A DNA stretch of 64,000 nt from Octopus vulgaris (GCA_951406725.2 OX597827.1:2480001-2544000), one strand, 5' to 3'. Shown: positions 13,764-26,544, counted from the first letter of the stretch. The notes: a model not told the origin generated them from the sequence alone. Made by a program: numbers and translations.

Positions 13764-13934
13764 CATGGCTGTGTGGTAAGAAGCTTACTTCCCAACCACA
13801 TTGTTCCAGGTTCGGTCTCACAGCGTGGCACCTTCGGTAAATATCTTCTACTATAGCCTCGGTCTTGGCCAAAGCCTTTTGAGTGAATTTGGTAGACGGA
13901 AACTGAAAGAAGCGCCTCGTATAAATATATATAT

Positions 13935-14016
<82 letters not shown>

Positions 14017-14220
14017 CTATGTTTGTCCCCACCACCATAACTTGACAAGCGATGCTGGAGTGTTTACGTCCCAGTAACTTAGTGGTTCAGCAAAATAACC
14101 CGATAGAATAAGTATTAGGAGTAGAAAGAATAAGTCCCGAGGTCGACATGTTCGACTAAAAAGCGGCGTTGTAGCATGGCCGCAGTCAAAGGACTAAAAC
14201 AAGTAAAAGAATAAAAGAAA
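13759..14220 (+). mobile_element. SINE family A, full length
   Basis: Head, central (TA)n(TG)n and tail gcatggccgcagtcaaaggactaaaacaagtaaaagaa. Confidence 0.92.
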
Positions 14221-14248
14221 ATATAGATATAAATGTAGACATATGTTT

Positions 14249-14333
<85 letters not shown>

Positions 14334-14338
14334 GTATG

Positions 14339-14828
14339 AAATGGAACGAAAGCATCATAGTGGACAATAAAACATCTGGGCAGATAGACGATACAAAGGT
14401 GGACGCCGATCGCCAACACCTTTTATGTCCATCTCACACATGCCTGCTCAATTTCCCTTTATACACGCCACCTCAATTTGATTCGTCCTCAGTCGAAAGA
14501 CACCTGTTGTTATATTCTTGTTGTTTGTATTTATAATTGCGTACCATGTCCTCTGAGTTTTGTCTTTGATGTAGTACATATTCGCTAGCTTTCTTACAAA
14601 AGAGCTAATGCTCTTATCTTAAAGTTTTTGAGGGGCATCCAGATCGAATAGTCTCAAGTGTAACTGCCCAAAACTGCAAGAACATACGGCAACTTGACTG
14701 ATGGAAGAAGGCCATGAATAACCCATCCTTTTTCCCTGTCCCTCTAATTGTTGATCTTTCCTGTCTGCCTTTGTATCGTCTATCTGTCCGATTGGTTTAT
14801 TATCCTCTATTGCGTTTATGTTCCATTT
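14339..14828. mobile_element. Element with about 65-bp diverged inverted termini, embedded in microsatellites
   Basis: aaatggaac...cagatagacgatacaaagg (14339-14404) vs cctttgtatcgtctatctg...gttccattt (14763-14828). Confidence 0.75.
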
Positions 14829-15154
14829 TTTATATTTATATAAACACATAGCGGCGTACGTACACTTTTGCTTACCTTATAGTAAGTATATATATATATA
14901 TATATATATGTGTGTATGTGTGTGTGTATAAGTATGCATATATGTATATATATTTACATACATACGTACATACCTATATACATACCGACATACATACATA
15001 CAGATGCGTGTGTACATATGTATGTGTATATGTATCTGCGGATGTGTGTATGTGTTTGTCTGTGTGCGTTTGAGAGTGCATAAACCTATCTATCTATCTA
15101 TATATGCATATGTATGTATGCATATGTATATATATATATATATATGTAATATGC

Positions 15155-15310
15155 ACCAAGTACACCCTGTAAAGTGGGACGTTTTAGGTAGGATGTCAAG
15201 GTGTAGAAACATCGCCAAAGTATAGAGTGGAGCTTAGCGCAGTATTCTGAAAAGCCAGTTCCTGACGAAGCGTCCGAACTAGACCAGCATGGAAAAAGCT
15301 CACGTTGCGT
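15155..15310 (+). mobile_element. Degenerate copy of the repeat with a gcatggaaa..cgtt tail (RTE-tail-like)
   Basis: Similar to 39440-39645 and 60565-60725. Confidence 0.5.
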
Positions 15311-15328
15311 GGAAGCTGATAAATGTGT

Positions 15329-15380
<52 letters not shown>

Positions 15381-15389
15381 GTATGCGTA

Positions 15390-15424
<35 letters not shown>

Positions 15425-15644
15425 GTATATTTATCTCTCTCTCTCTCTATGTGTGTGTGTGTGTGTGTTCTGCGCAAGTTTGTGTGTGTGTGTGTGTGTG
15501 CGTGTGTGTGTGTTTCAAAGGATGCAAGGATGCATGACGAAGGAATTAACAGAAAATTCACGCACAAGCCACGGACGACTCATTCTTCGTCAGTAATCGT
15601 CCGCAAAAAAATCATTACATTTTCACGCAGAGTGTTTTATTGTT

Positions 15645-16020
15645 CACTTGTTCCACTCATCAGACTGCAGCCATGCTGGAGCACTGCCTTCAAGAATTTT
15701 AGTCGAACGGATACACACAAGAACTTATCATTTTTTTTTAAACCTGAAACTTATTCTATCGTTCTCTTTTGCTGAACCACTAAGCGTAAACACACCAAAA
15801 CCGATTGAGAAGCTGTGGTGGTATATAAACATAGGCACAAAGACACAAAGATGTAGACACACATGCATGTATAAATGCGACAGGCTTCTTTCAGTTTCCG
15901 TCACAAGGCTTTGGTCGACCCGAAGTATGGTGGGAAGCACAGTTGTTCAAAGTGCAATGCAGTGGAATTGAGCCCGGAATCATGTAGTTGGAGAGCTGAT
16001 TCCTTACAACACAACCACAA
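15645..16020 (-). mobile_element. SINE family A, degenerate
   Basis: gactgcagccatgctggagcactgcc, acttattctatcg, ggcttctttcagtttccgtc. Confidence 0.85.
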
Positions 16021-16105
16021 ACTTTTGATATATAAATCTGTATCTATCTATCTATTTATCTATCTATCTATCTCTGTATATATATATATGTCATTCAAAA
16101 TATGA

Positions 16106-16308
16106 CCGCCTGTGTACCGTTGGCGATTTTTTCCCTCCGTCTTCCCTTCCTTGGATCTTTCATTTTCCTATGTTTATGACAAAGAGCTGCGCTCGAAACG
16201 TTAAATCCTCCTTCTTTCTTTCCTTTCCTGAGTATCCAATAACACTACACTTGTTCCACGTCCTCGCGTTGTTGTGTTTTCTCTTTGTGTTTTCATGTTT
16301 GGATTAAC
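16106..16308 (+). mobile_element. Short Penelope-tail-like element with degenerate hammerhead (16172-16206)
   Basis: GTTT-ATGACAA-A-GAGC(TGC)GCTC-GAA-ACGT-T-AAAT; homologous to 22025-22220; microsatellite flanks. Confidence 0.7.
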
Positions 16309-16325
16309 TATATATATATGTTTGT

Positions 16326-16390
<65 letters not shown>

Positions 16391-16583
16391 TGCGCTTGTG
16401 TGTGTGTGTGTGTGTGTATTATTCAAGAGCGACAAAATGAGAAAAGTTAAATGTCCACACAACGTCATGAAGAGGATAAAATTATAAAGTACAAGCGTGT
16501 GTGAGCGCATGCGTGTACGCAGTCACACGCTTATAGAGTAGAAAATTGTATACTACCGACGATAATACAGATTCTTACATAGG

Positions 16584-16650
<67 letters not shown>

Positions 16651-17006
16651 GGGGTGGGTAGACTGAGAAATGGGAACGAGGCATTAAACAGATTAGTTTC
16701 GTTCAAACAGCAGACGTGTGAATAAGTAATCCGGTCACTTTAGTGGCAAACATGTCAACATGTTGCGTGAAACAATCTGAGGAAGAAATGACTTATGTGC
16801 GCTCGGGCACTCACATATGTCAGCATACACATGGACACTCGCAAATGCATATAAATATGTATGTGTGTGCGTGTATGTGTGCGTATACACACACACACGC
16901 ACATGTATATATCTATATATATATACATATATATATGTATATATATATACATATATATATATCGTTCTCATTTCCTATAGGGAGATTGTCTCCCTTGTCA
17001 GTAAAT

Positions 17007-17049
<43 letters not shown>

Positions 17050-18049
17050 GAAGTGTGTGTGTGTGTGTTTGTGTGTGTGTATGTGTGCGTGCGTGTGCGT
17101 GTGTGTGCGTATGTGTGTGCGTGTGCGTGTGCGTGTGCGTGTGTGCGTGTGTGTGTGTGTGTGTGTGTCTGTGTGAGAGTGTGTGTGTGTGTGTGTATGT
17201 GTGTGTGTGTGTGTGTGTGCGTGCCTATGTGTGTGTGTGATGTCTAAACATCATGTAGACTTTTATTGCTTTGCATGTCTCGAATGACAAGTATCAAGAA
17301 GTATTAACGCTGGAAGACCTTTAATCATCTTACGATGCAGGAGGAGAAGTACCGCGTACACTAACACACACACACGCGCACACATACACACATGCACTCA
17401 CGCACACACACATACACACACACACGTGCACTCACGCACACACGCACTCGCACTCCCCCGTACAGAAAATACTGTTGATAATAATTACAAGGACGAAACG
17501 CCTAGCAATTATCACGAAAATATTTCTTTTGTGGCCATCGATTATCAGAGAGCTCAGAACAAGTGAGAAAAATTTATTTCGATATTTTATGGAACACTTT
17601 TGTTTTCGTTAGCATGTAGGATAATTCATACTGGATGGCGATATATCTTGGCAAATATTTATTAATACATACACACAAATATATATTAATCTACACACAC
17701 ACACACACACTCATATGCACACAGAAATATATATATATGTATGCATGTATATATGTATAAATGCATACACACACACATATTTATACATACACACGTGAAA
17801 AGTTCCTGGTTTTGGGTAAAAGAAAATACAGGAAGATCAGTTAATTATGATTTTATTCAATATATTCCCTTCTTAAACTCACTCACTGCAGCGGTCCTTC
17901 AGTTTTCTAAGCCCCGTAAAAGAAGTCACAAGGCTCTAGTCAGCCCTTGACTATCGCAGAAGGAACTTGCTCAAGGTGCCATACAGTGGGGATTAACTCG
18001 GAACCATATGGTTGGAAAGGAAGCTTCTTACCACCCAGCTACGCCTGTG

Positions 18050-18089
<40 letters not shown>

Positions 18090-18095
<6 letters not shown>

Positions 18096-18220
18096 CAAAC
18101 TGGGACAAGAACGCAAAACATTTAGAAGACGATACAAAAAACATGGACGGGACATTCGAAGCCTTCAATCTTCAGTCAAGAACCGGATCATCCTCGCAAT
18201 TTCGGCTGATTAATCTTGAA
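18090..18220 (-). mobile_element. Short insert in (TA)n with hammerhead-like remnants
   Basis: Minus strand cagccgaaattg and ctgaagattgaaggcttcgaatgtc; TA tracts on both sides. Confidence 0.4.
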
Positions 18221-18235
18221 TATATATATATATAT

Positions 18236-18460
18236 ATTTCTTTACTGCCCACAAGGAGCTAAACATAGGGGGGACAAACAAGGACAAACAAACGGATTAA
18301 GTCGATTACATCGACCCCAGTGCGAAACTGGTACTTTATTTATCGACCTCGAAAGGATGAAAGGCAAAGTCGACCTCGGCGGAATTTGAACTCAGAACGT
18401 AACGACAGACGAGATACCGCTAAGCATTTCGCCCGGCGCGCTAACGTTTCTGCCAACTCA
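18236..18460 (-). mobile_element. SINE family B
   Basis: Near-consensus match to the 8217-8442 copy. Confidence 0.92.
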
Positions 18461-18706
18461 ATACATACACACGTGTGTGTGCGCGCGTGTATGGACATGT
18501 GTGTGTGTGGCGGGGGGGGGGGTATTTTTTATATCAAGAAATTATTGTGCTCAGGCTCCGGTTGACTTGATAATATTTTCTTGTATATATTTTACAGTCC
18601 TTACATTGCAGAATGTATGAAAGAGAGTAAAAAAAAACCAAGTAAAAATGAAACAATACTACGCATTTGAGTATGTACTTATAAATATATATACACATCG
18701 ATAGAT

Positions 18707-18788
<82 letters not shown>

Positions 18789-19266
18789 GTGGGCTATATC
18801 AACGTACCCGACGCTATAACTGCGTTAATCGATGTATATATATATATACGTAAATTTTACATCGAGATTTGAATTTAAAGTCTCTTTTCATTTGAATTCG
18901 ATCTTGAGACATTCTTCTGTTTCCTGAAATATAATGAAGTTAGATGATTGCAACAGCTTCACATGTCACGTAACACGAAGGTAGCTGAAAAGAATCTATT
19001 TTTTTCTCTCTTTCAGAGGAATTTGACAGTTTCCTGCATCAAGCGGCAAGAATGCAGCAGAAAGATTTTCAAAAACTGATTACTTTCCCGCTCCGGAAAT
19101 TTCTTTCACATACAGCGTGTCATTTTTCCGTATGAAAGCCCATTTATTTATTCCCTGGATTCAGCGCATTTCTTATAATACCCCTGACGAAGTGAGGCGA
19201 CTCCCCACCAAAACTCGTGTTCTGAGAAAAATATGACGCTAACAGATATACGTGTGTGTTTGTGAG

Positions 19267-19314
<48 letters not shown>

Positions 19315-19512
19315 TGTGTGTTTTATACACACACGCGCGCGATTAAGCACATACACGCAGAAGAAGATGGAAAAAACAGTACTCGAATACTGCAGGTTGA
19401 GTAATATGCTTTAATTGAACCCGAAAACAGAGTTTCGCGTTACTGTTCGCCTGAAAGTTGTGATTATATACATACATACATACATATATACATATATATA
19501 TATATACATATA

Positions 19513-19692
19513 TAGATTCAGATAAATATGGTACTTAAGTTGAGGCACCAGAATTTAGTAAGGTATTATCCATAGAATTTCAAAGTAGGGTGATTAAAAT
19601 CGATGTAATGATTGCATTGTTCAATTAAATGGAGTTCCATGAAACGATCGTACTGCATTACCTCTGTATATCCTTGTTGCTTATTTTGATTA
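19513..19692 (+). mobile_element. Short insert in TA/CATA tract with right half of a hammerhead motif
   Basis: ATGG(AGTT)CCAT-GAA-ACGATCGT-A-CTGCA; 19513-19601 is homologous to the reverse complement of 33519-33606. Confidence 0.55.
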
Positions 19693-19718
19693 TATATATA
19701 CATACATATATACATACT

Positions 19719-19777
<59 letters not shown>

Positions 19778-19789
19778 TATTACTTATTA

Positions 19790-20132
19790 CACTCAATTAG
19801 ACTGCGGTCATGCTGGAGTACCGCCTTGCAGAATTTTGGTCTGACGAATCGACCCCAGTAATTATATTTTTAAAGTCTGGAACTTATTCTAACGGTCATT
19901 TTGACTAAACTACTAAGTTCCGAGGACATAAGCGCACCAGCACCGGTTGTCAATCGGAGACGGGGAACACACTCACACGCACACATGTATATGCGTTTCG
20001 TCTACCAAATCCATTCAGTAGGCTTTGGTCGGGCCGAGGCTATGGTATGAGACACTTGCCCAAAGTACCACGCAGTGGGACTGAACCCAGAACCGTGTGG
20101 TCGAAAAGCAAATTTCTTACCACACAGCCATA
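19790..20132 (-). mobile_element. SINE family A
   Basis: gactgcggtcatgctggag...acgcagtgggactgaacccagaacc...cttaccacacagcca. Confidence 0.88.
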
Positions 20133-20263
20133 CCTTATCTGTAATTCATATTCCATTTGTCTTCTGGCATTCTCACTAATATTTGTTCTTCATATTCTGC
20201 GTTTTCTTTCCATTGACTGAATGCATTCGTTCTTTTATTCCTTTGGCCGTCTCTCCCCTTATA

Positions 20264-20317
<54 letters not shown>

Positions 20318-20628
20318 TGAATGAATTATCCTATGTTTATCGTCAGCATGGAAAATTCGTTTGATCGAAACCTGGGTAGCAAATTCACGTCAGAAACACG
20401 GTTAAGCGACCTGTCCAAGGGTAGAAATATATGTCGAGAGTAAAGGAATTTTGTTAACATCTTCGTTCGACTCCATTCTTTCATTTATATATATATATAT
20501 GATCTGATAAGCTTGTCCTGCCTTGGTTTTGTTTTTCCTTTTCCTTTAATCTATACCCACTGACTCGGAAGTGAGCTACAAATCCCCAGCTCTATCCCCG
20601 CTGTGAACTTGGACTCTCACAGAGTAAC

Positions 20629-20698
20629 CAGGGCCGGCCCTAGGGTAACTAGCGCCTCGGGCGACTGCCCGAGTTGCGCGTACCTTGGGCTGGCCTTG
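20629..20698. mobile_element. 70-bp GC-rich foldback mini-MITE (CAGGGCCGG-type TIR, hAT-like)
   Basis: cagggccggccctagggta / taccttgggctggccttg arms and central ctcgggc-gact-gcccgag. Confidence 0.7.
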
Positions 20699-20751
20699 AG
20701 CGTGCCTATTAGTTTAGATCATCAATGGCCCAAACCCTGCCTATTCTATAG

Positions 20752-20793
<42 letters not shown>

Positions 20794-20844
20794 ATCCATC
20801 CATATATGAGTGTGTATATATACATACACACGCACACACCCACG

Positions 20845-20903
<59 letters not shown>

Positions 20904-21301
20904 TTATGCTTATACACACATACACACACACATATATGTCGAAGCACACGGAATATCACAGACAGACATTGCTTAAAGATTTAAACATAAATTATGTACA
21001 AGTATTAACATATAACTAAATACACAGACGCAAACATATATATGTATGCATGTATAAGTGTCTGTGTGCGTGCATGCGTGTGCGTGTGATATTATATATA
21101 TATATATATGTACCATGTGTGAGTGGGTTGACGTTTGAGTCGATTGCTAGAGGCTGATCTCAGCTGATCTCATTCTGCTAGACAAAAATGACTGCTCAGA
21201 AACGTGGTAGGAACATGCTTCCAGTGTTTCTCTTGTATAATACACCCACTCTCAAAGACATAGGATTTAGTGATATATATATATATATATATATGTGCGG
21301 A

Positions 21302-21712
21302 AGGCGGCGAGCTGGCAGAAACGTTAGCACGCCGGATGAAATGCTTAGCGGTATTTCGTCTGCCGCTACGTTCTGAGTTCAAATTCCCCCGAGAGGTCGA
21401 CTTCCCCTTTCATCCTTTCGGGGTCTATAAATTAAGTACCAGTTACGCACTGGGGTCGATATAATCGATTTAATCCTTTTGTCTGTCCTTGTTTGTCCTC
21501 TTTGTGTTTAGCCCCTTGGGGGTAGTAAAGAAATAGGTATTTCGTCTGCCGTTGCGTTCTGAGTTCAAATTCCGCCGAGGTTTTCTTTGCCTTTCTATTC
21601 TTTCGGGGTCGATTAAATAAGTACCAGTTACGCACTGGGGTTGATGTAATCAACTTCATCCGTTTGTCTGTCCCCTCTATGTTTGGCCCCTTGTGGGCAA
21701 TAAAGAAATAAT
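21302..21712 (+). mobile_element. SINE family B tandem dimer (full unit plus 5'-truncated unit)
   Basis: ggcggcgagctggcagaaacgttagc...gtaaagaaata, then restart at ggtatttcgtctgccg (about 21536). Confidence 0.9.
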
Positions 21713-21774
21713 ATGTATGTGTGTGTGTATTTGGGTAATTTTATGTGTGTGTTTGTGTGTGTTTAATTATTTAT

Positions 21775-22222
21775 CTTGTACTTGCTTCAGTCGTTGAACC
21801 GCGGCCATGCTGGGGTACTGCCTTGAGGAGTTATAACTAAAGAAATTAGCCCCAGTACTTATTTTTAAGCCATATATTTATTCTATGAGTCTCTTTTGCT
21901 GAAATGCTAAGTTATGAAGACGTAAACAAACCAACAATGCTTGCCAATTCGGGGAAAGTGTGGTGGCAGAAACAAACACAATGATACGTCTGCACATGTA
22001 CGCGCGCGCACACATATAAACGTGGCCCGGTGGCGATTTCTTCTCCTTCTTTGGATTTTTTCCTTTCTCCTTTCCGACGAAGATCTCTGCTCGAAACATT
22101 AAACACCCTCCTTTCACCGAGCATCAAGCCAATATGTCGAGCGTCAAGCACATCCTCGCGTTTCTTCTTTCTTCTTCATTGTTTTTTATCCGTTAATAGA
22201 ATTGTTTGGTTATTTGAATTGA

Positions 22223-22260
<38 letters not shown>

Positions 22261-22380
22261 ATCTTCTACGAAATATACTCACAAGTCCTTTGTCGGCCCA
22301 AGACTATAATTGAAGACACTTGCCGAAGATGCAACGCAGTGCAACTGTGGTTGGGAAGCAAATTCTATACTACACAGCCA
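21775..22380 (-). mobile_element. SINE family A interrupted at its central microsatellite
   Basis: Tail half 21775-22010, head half 22275-22380. Confidence 0.8.
22025..22220 (+). mobile_element. Penelope-tail-like element with degenerate hammerhead (22070-22104), nested in SINE A
   Basis: CTTT-CCGACGA-A-GATC(TCT)GCTC-GAA-ACAT-T-AAAC; same family as 16106-16308. Confidence 0.7.
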
Positions 22381-22398
22381 GAACTTTTGTGTGTGTGT

Positions 22399-22467
<69 letters not shown>

Positions 22468-23124
22468 TATAAGATCCAAGGATGTAAGTGTAGGAAGGTT
22501 GTAAGCTTCTAACAGTCCATGGCAGGTATAAAAACAACGTTCAGTAATGATTTATTGGCAAACGTATGTTTTTTCTATATCGACGTTCGATAAGTTGAAA
22601 AAGATTGTTTTTATAGCTCACGGTTAACAACTTGAGTGGTTAAAAATCTAAATTGAAGGAGCGGAACAAGTAAAATCCAGTCTACAAATGTTCTCTAGCA
22701 AGGAGAACCACTGATGTAATAATTACTCAACAATGGGTTCTCAGTTACTTATTCATCCGGCCATACATACCTTAATTATTTGATGTTTATATTGTCATTA
22801 AAGAATTCCAAGTTAACTCGCCCAAGATATAAGGTACACACACACATACACACATTCACATACACACACACAAATATAAATGAGGAGGAAAACAGAAAAT
22901 AGATTTGGTACGAATTTTTATTCGACACGACGACCTCGCGGTTATTGTGCATCTAATGTTGCATCAATCAGTATAGTCTGTGTTACCTCAGGTGTATGGT
23001 GTAAAAAGATTAATCTTAAATTAAACGAATACTGCGGTATTCCTGACGTAGTTTCAGTGAAAATTACACCGTAACTGTGGTTAGCATCAGGTAGCCCAAA
23101 CGGTGAATGTGCTTTAATCGGCAT

Positions 23125-23205
23125 ACTAATAGACATATACCCAAAATCCAAATAGCTACTGATAGACATATACCCAAAGTCCAAATAGTTACTAATATAC
23201 ATATA
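23125..23205. repeat. 33-bp tandem repeat, about 2.4 copies
   Basis: tactaatagacatatacccaaaatccaaatagc / tactgatagacatatacccaaagtccaaatagt. Confidence 0.85.
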
Positions 23206-23676
23206 ATATTTTTGTCAACTAGATTCACTGATGGAGCATAAATCGGCATCGGCTAGACGCTCTAGTAGAAAACACTTGCCCAAGGTTTCACTTTGTGGGA
23301 CTGAACCCGGAATCTCGTTGTTACAAAGCGAGTTCCTGAAGTTCATAAGTATGCTATTTATGTTGATTTCCTCGTACAATAAACAAACATTAAGCCTAAT
23401 ATATTCCTGGAACTATCACCGCCACATCACCAAACTACCAGGCTGCAATCAGTACCATCACCGTACCCTTATTGCTTCTACACTCTATCACAAACACCAT
23501 CCACACCATCACATCATCATCATCATCATCATCATCATCAACAGTATCAGCAGCATCATCATTATTGTCATCGTCATCATCACCGCCATCATCGTCGTCG
23601 TCGTTGTCGTCTGATTCTTCACTTTCCTTTCTTCACTTTCTTTTTATCCTTTTCCTTTTTCTTCGTTGTCTAATCG

Positions 23677-23718
<42 letters not shown>

Positions 23719-23725
23719 GCTACTA

Positions 23726-23760
<35 letters not shown>

Positions 23761-23932
23761 ACCACCACCACTGCCGCCGCCACCGTCACGACTACTACTA
23801 CTGCTGCTGCTGCTACTACTACTACTACTGCAACTACTACTACTGCTACTACTACTACTACTACTACTACTACTGCTGCTGCTACTACTACTACTACTGC
23901 TGCTGCTACTACTACTACTGCTACAGCTACTA

Positions 23933-23970
<38 letters not shown>

Positions 23971-23992
23971 ACTACTACTACTACTACTACTG
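23677..23992. repeat. (CTA)n/(CTG)n compound microsatellite
   Basis: Direct inspection. Confidence 0.95.
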
Positions 23993-24698
23993 AAACCTAC
24001 TCCAGATATAGAGAAATGCGCTACCTTATATCTTTTTCGGCTTTTAAATGTCTTTCTTATTCCGTTTATATTAAACTCAACGACAGCACAGCCTGTCTCA
24101 AGTTTTGGTCTTTCGGAATCATGTCACTCCGAGTCTTCATTAACAGTCTTCTAGTCTTCATACTTATTTATCAATTCCACCTCATCATCGCAGTTCTTCT
24201 AACACGCACACACACACACACACACGCACACACACACACGCACACGCACACACACACACGCACACACGCACACGCACACACACGCACACGCGCACACGCA
24301 CACGCACACACACACACACACGCCATTCTACCTGCCTGTCGTTCTTCATCTGTGCTTTTAATTAAAAATGACATCTTCACTCGAAAATTTTGCAATGTGT
24401 AATTCGTAGCCATTCTTACAGAGAATGACAAAGAGTTGAGACGGGCAGACGATGTGTGTGTGTAGTTTTGTGTGTGTGTGTATGAGTTTGTGTGTGTGTG
24501 GATGTATGTGTGCATGTTTGTGTGGGGTTTTGTTGTTTGAGTGTGTGTTTGTGTGAGAGAGAGAGTGTGTGTGTGTGTGTGTGTGTGTATTTAGTTATGC
24601 CAGTGTTTATGTTTGTGTGTTTTGGAAACCTCGTGAAGAGTCATAGGAACTGCTTCCCCATCTAGCGAAAAAAAAAATAAATATATATATATATATGT

Positions 24699-24900
24699 GG
24701 AGGCGCAATGGCCTAGTGGTTAGGGCAGCGGACTTGCGGTCGGAGGATCGCGGTTTCGATTCCCAGACCGGGCGTTGTGTGTGTTTATTGAGCGAAAACA
24801 CCTAAAAGCTCCACGAGGCTCCGGCAGGAGGTGGTGATCCCTGCTGTACTCAAAAGGCGGTGCTCCAGCATGGCCGCAGTCAGATGACTGAAACAAGTAC

Positions 24901-24915
<15 letters not shown>
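24699..24915 (+). mobile_element. Chimeric SINE: family C head (24699-24851) joined to family A 3' tail
   Basis: tRNA-like head ggaggcgcaatggcctagtggttagggc...ggtttcgattccc matches 61760-62031; then aaaggcggtgctccagcatggccgcagtcagatgactgaaacaagt. Confidence 0.85.
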
Positions 24916-24939
<24 letters not shown>

Positions 24940-24945
<6 letters not shown>

Positions 24946-25318
24946 CCGTTCTGTCTGTCTGTCTGTGTGTCTTCTAGGATCTCTGGCATCCTCCATTCGA
25001 TTGCGCTCATATTTGATATGTAGATACCGACGGTATCAGGGCGTGTATAAGTCTTGAAAAAATTACAAAAATCGATTCCAGGTGAGAATGTAATCGATAA
25101 AGCCGTGGGAACGTGCATTTGTAAAATCGTTTTTCTTGGAATAGAATAGAAAAAAGAAGTCTATCTTTATTTCTTCTTTTGCTATGTCTCAAATTTAGAT
25201 TAAATCAATATTTCTCAAAGGGGAGGTCTATGGGACGGTTGGACAAGTTGTTTTGAGAAAATTTGGTTTAAATGTTTGACAACTGAGCACCGTCCGTTGG
25301 ACGGGAGGCGTTTTGCTC

Positions 25319-25319
<1 letters not shown>
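24940..25319 (+). mobile_element. Non-autonomous Helitron-like element, family H1, short form
   Basis: 5' tataaatccgttctgtctgtct, 3' hairpin ccgtccgttggacgg then CTCG|T, in (TA)n. Confidence 0.8.
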
Positions 25320-25356
<37 letters not shown>

Positions 25357-25568
25357 CTAGGCGCAGGCACGACTGTCTACTAAAGAAACTCGGACTGCAA
25401 GCACGTGGTTTCCGGTTCAGTCCGAAAGGCAAAATAGACCTCAGCAGTATTTGAACTAAGAATGTAAACCCGAATGAAATACCGCTAAGCGTTTTGTCCG
25501 GCGTGCAAACGATTCTCCCTGCCCGTTGGTTTTGTCTACTTTATATATTGATTTTATAATTGTTTACT

Positions 25569-25780
25569 TTTCTACTCTAGACACAAGGCCCGAAATTTTG
25601 AGGGAGTGGGCCAGTCAATTCGATCAACATCAGTACACAACTAGTACTTAATTTATTGACCTCGAAAAGATGAAAGGCAAAGTCAACCTCGGCGGAATTT
25701 GAACTCAGAACGTAAAGACAGGCGAAGAACCGCCAAGCATTTCGTCCGGCGTGCTAACGATTCTGCCAGCTCGCCGCCCT
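25569..25780 (-). mobile_element. SINE family B (alternative 3' tail) with 17-bp TSD
   Basis: TSD ttttataattgtttact at 25552-25568 and 25781-25797; tail cacaaggcccgaaattttgaggg. Confidence 0.92.
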
Positions 25781-25874
25781 TTTTATAATTGTTTACTGAT
25801 AACACGATATTGGTCTATCAATAGAAAGGTAAAGAGATCAAGCTCACATCATGTAGTGTTTTTTTTAATATTTT

Positions 25875-26325
25875 ATCGTTTACTCACTGTACTACGGCCG
25901 TGTTGGGGCACGTCCTTCGAGGGTTTAGTCGAACAAATGGACCTGAGTACTTATTCTTTTTCGTTTTAAGCCAGGTACTTATGCTGCCGGTCTCTTTTTG
26001 CTGAGCCGCAAAGTTACGGGGACGTAAACAATCCAACACCTGTTGTCAAGTGGTGTTGGGTCACAAACACAAACTCAAACACTACATACATAATACATAC
26101 ATACACACACACGTACATATATACATTTATACATACCCTACACACGCACGCACACACACACACAAATACGACAGGCTTCTTTCATTTTCCGTTTGCCAAA
26201 TCCGCTCACATGGTTTGGTCGACCCGGGGATATAGTAGAAGAAGCTTGCCCAAGATGCTACGCAGTGGGACTGAACCTGGAACCATGTGGTTGGGAAGCA
26301 TACCTATTACCACACAACCAAACCT
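25875..26325 (-). mobile_element. SINE family A
   Basis: aagttacggggacgtaaaca, acgcagtgggactgaacctggaaccatgtggttgggaagc. Confidence 0.88.
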
Positions 26326-26452
26326 GCAATATTTCTAACAAGCTTGGAATTGCTGTGTCCATAATCCTTCCAGATTTATGAGATTAATTGGAATGAAAAT
26401 CTCTTAATAACGGTCTGTATGGATATAAAAGATTTAAATTTTGTCAACCGCT

Positions 26453-26534
26453 GCTAAGGTGGCTGAGTGATTAAGGCGTTGGACTCAAAATCCAATGAGT
26501 TATACCAGCGCAGGTTCGAATTCTGCCCGTAGCG
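26453..26534 (+). tRNA. tRNA-Ser-type gene or pseudogene with CAA anticodon
   Basis: 82 nt: acceptor GCTAAGG/CCGTAGC (1 mismatch), anticodon arm TTGGA-CTCAAAA-TCCAA, long variable arm, T-arm GCAGG-TTCGAAT-TCTGC, G discriminator; resembles metazoan tRNA-Ser(CGA); no encoded CCA. Confidence 0.88.
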
Positions 26535-26544
26535 ATTTAGTTTA

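Noticed and set aside
19017-19135. Plus-strand acceptor followed by EFDSFLHQAARMQQKDFQKLITFPLRK...
   Set aside because: Good polypyrimidine tract, but no recognisable homology or partner exons
23040-23095. Hammerhead-like pieces (minus strand ctgatgc...gaaactacgtc); similar partial hits near 19183 and 20358
   Set aside because: Core or stem I cannot be completed; at most decayed remnants
23472-24154. Poly-Tyr/Cys and poly-Leu ORFs
   Set aside because: (CTA)/(CTG) microsatellite
24699-24775. tRNA gene
   Set aside because: tRNA-like head continues into a SINE body found again at 61760-62031; acceptor stem does not close
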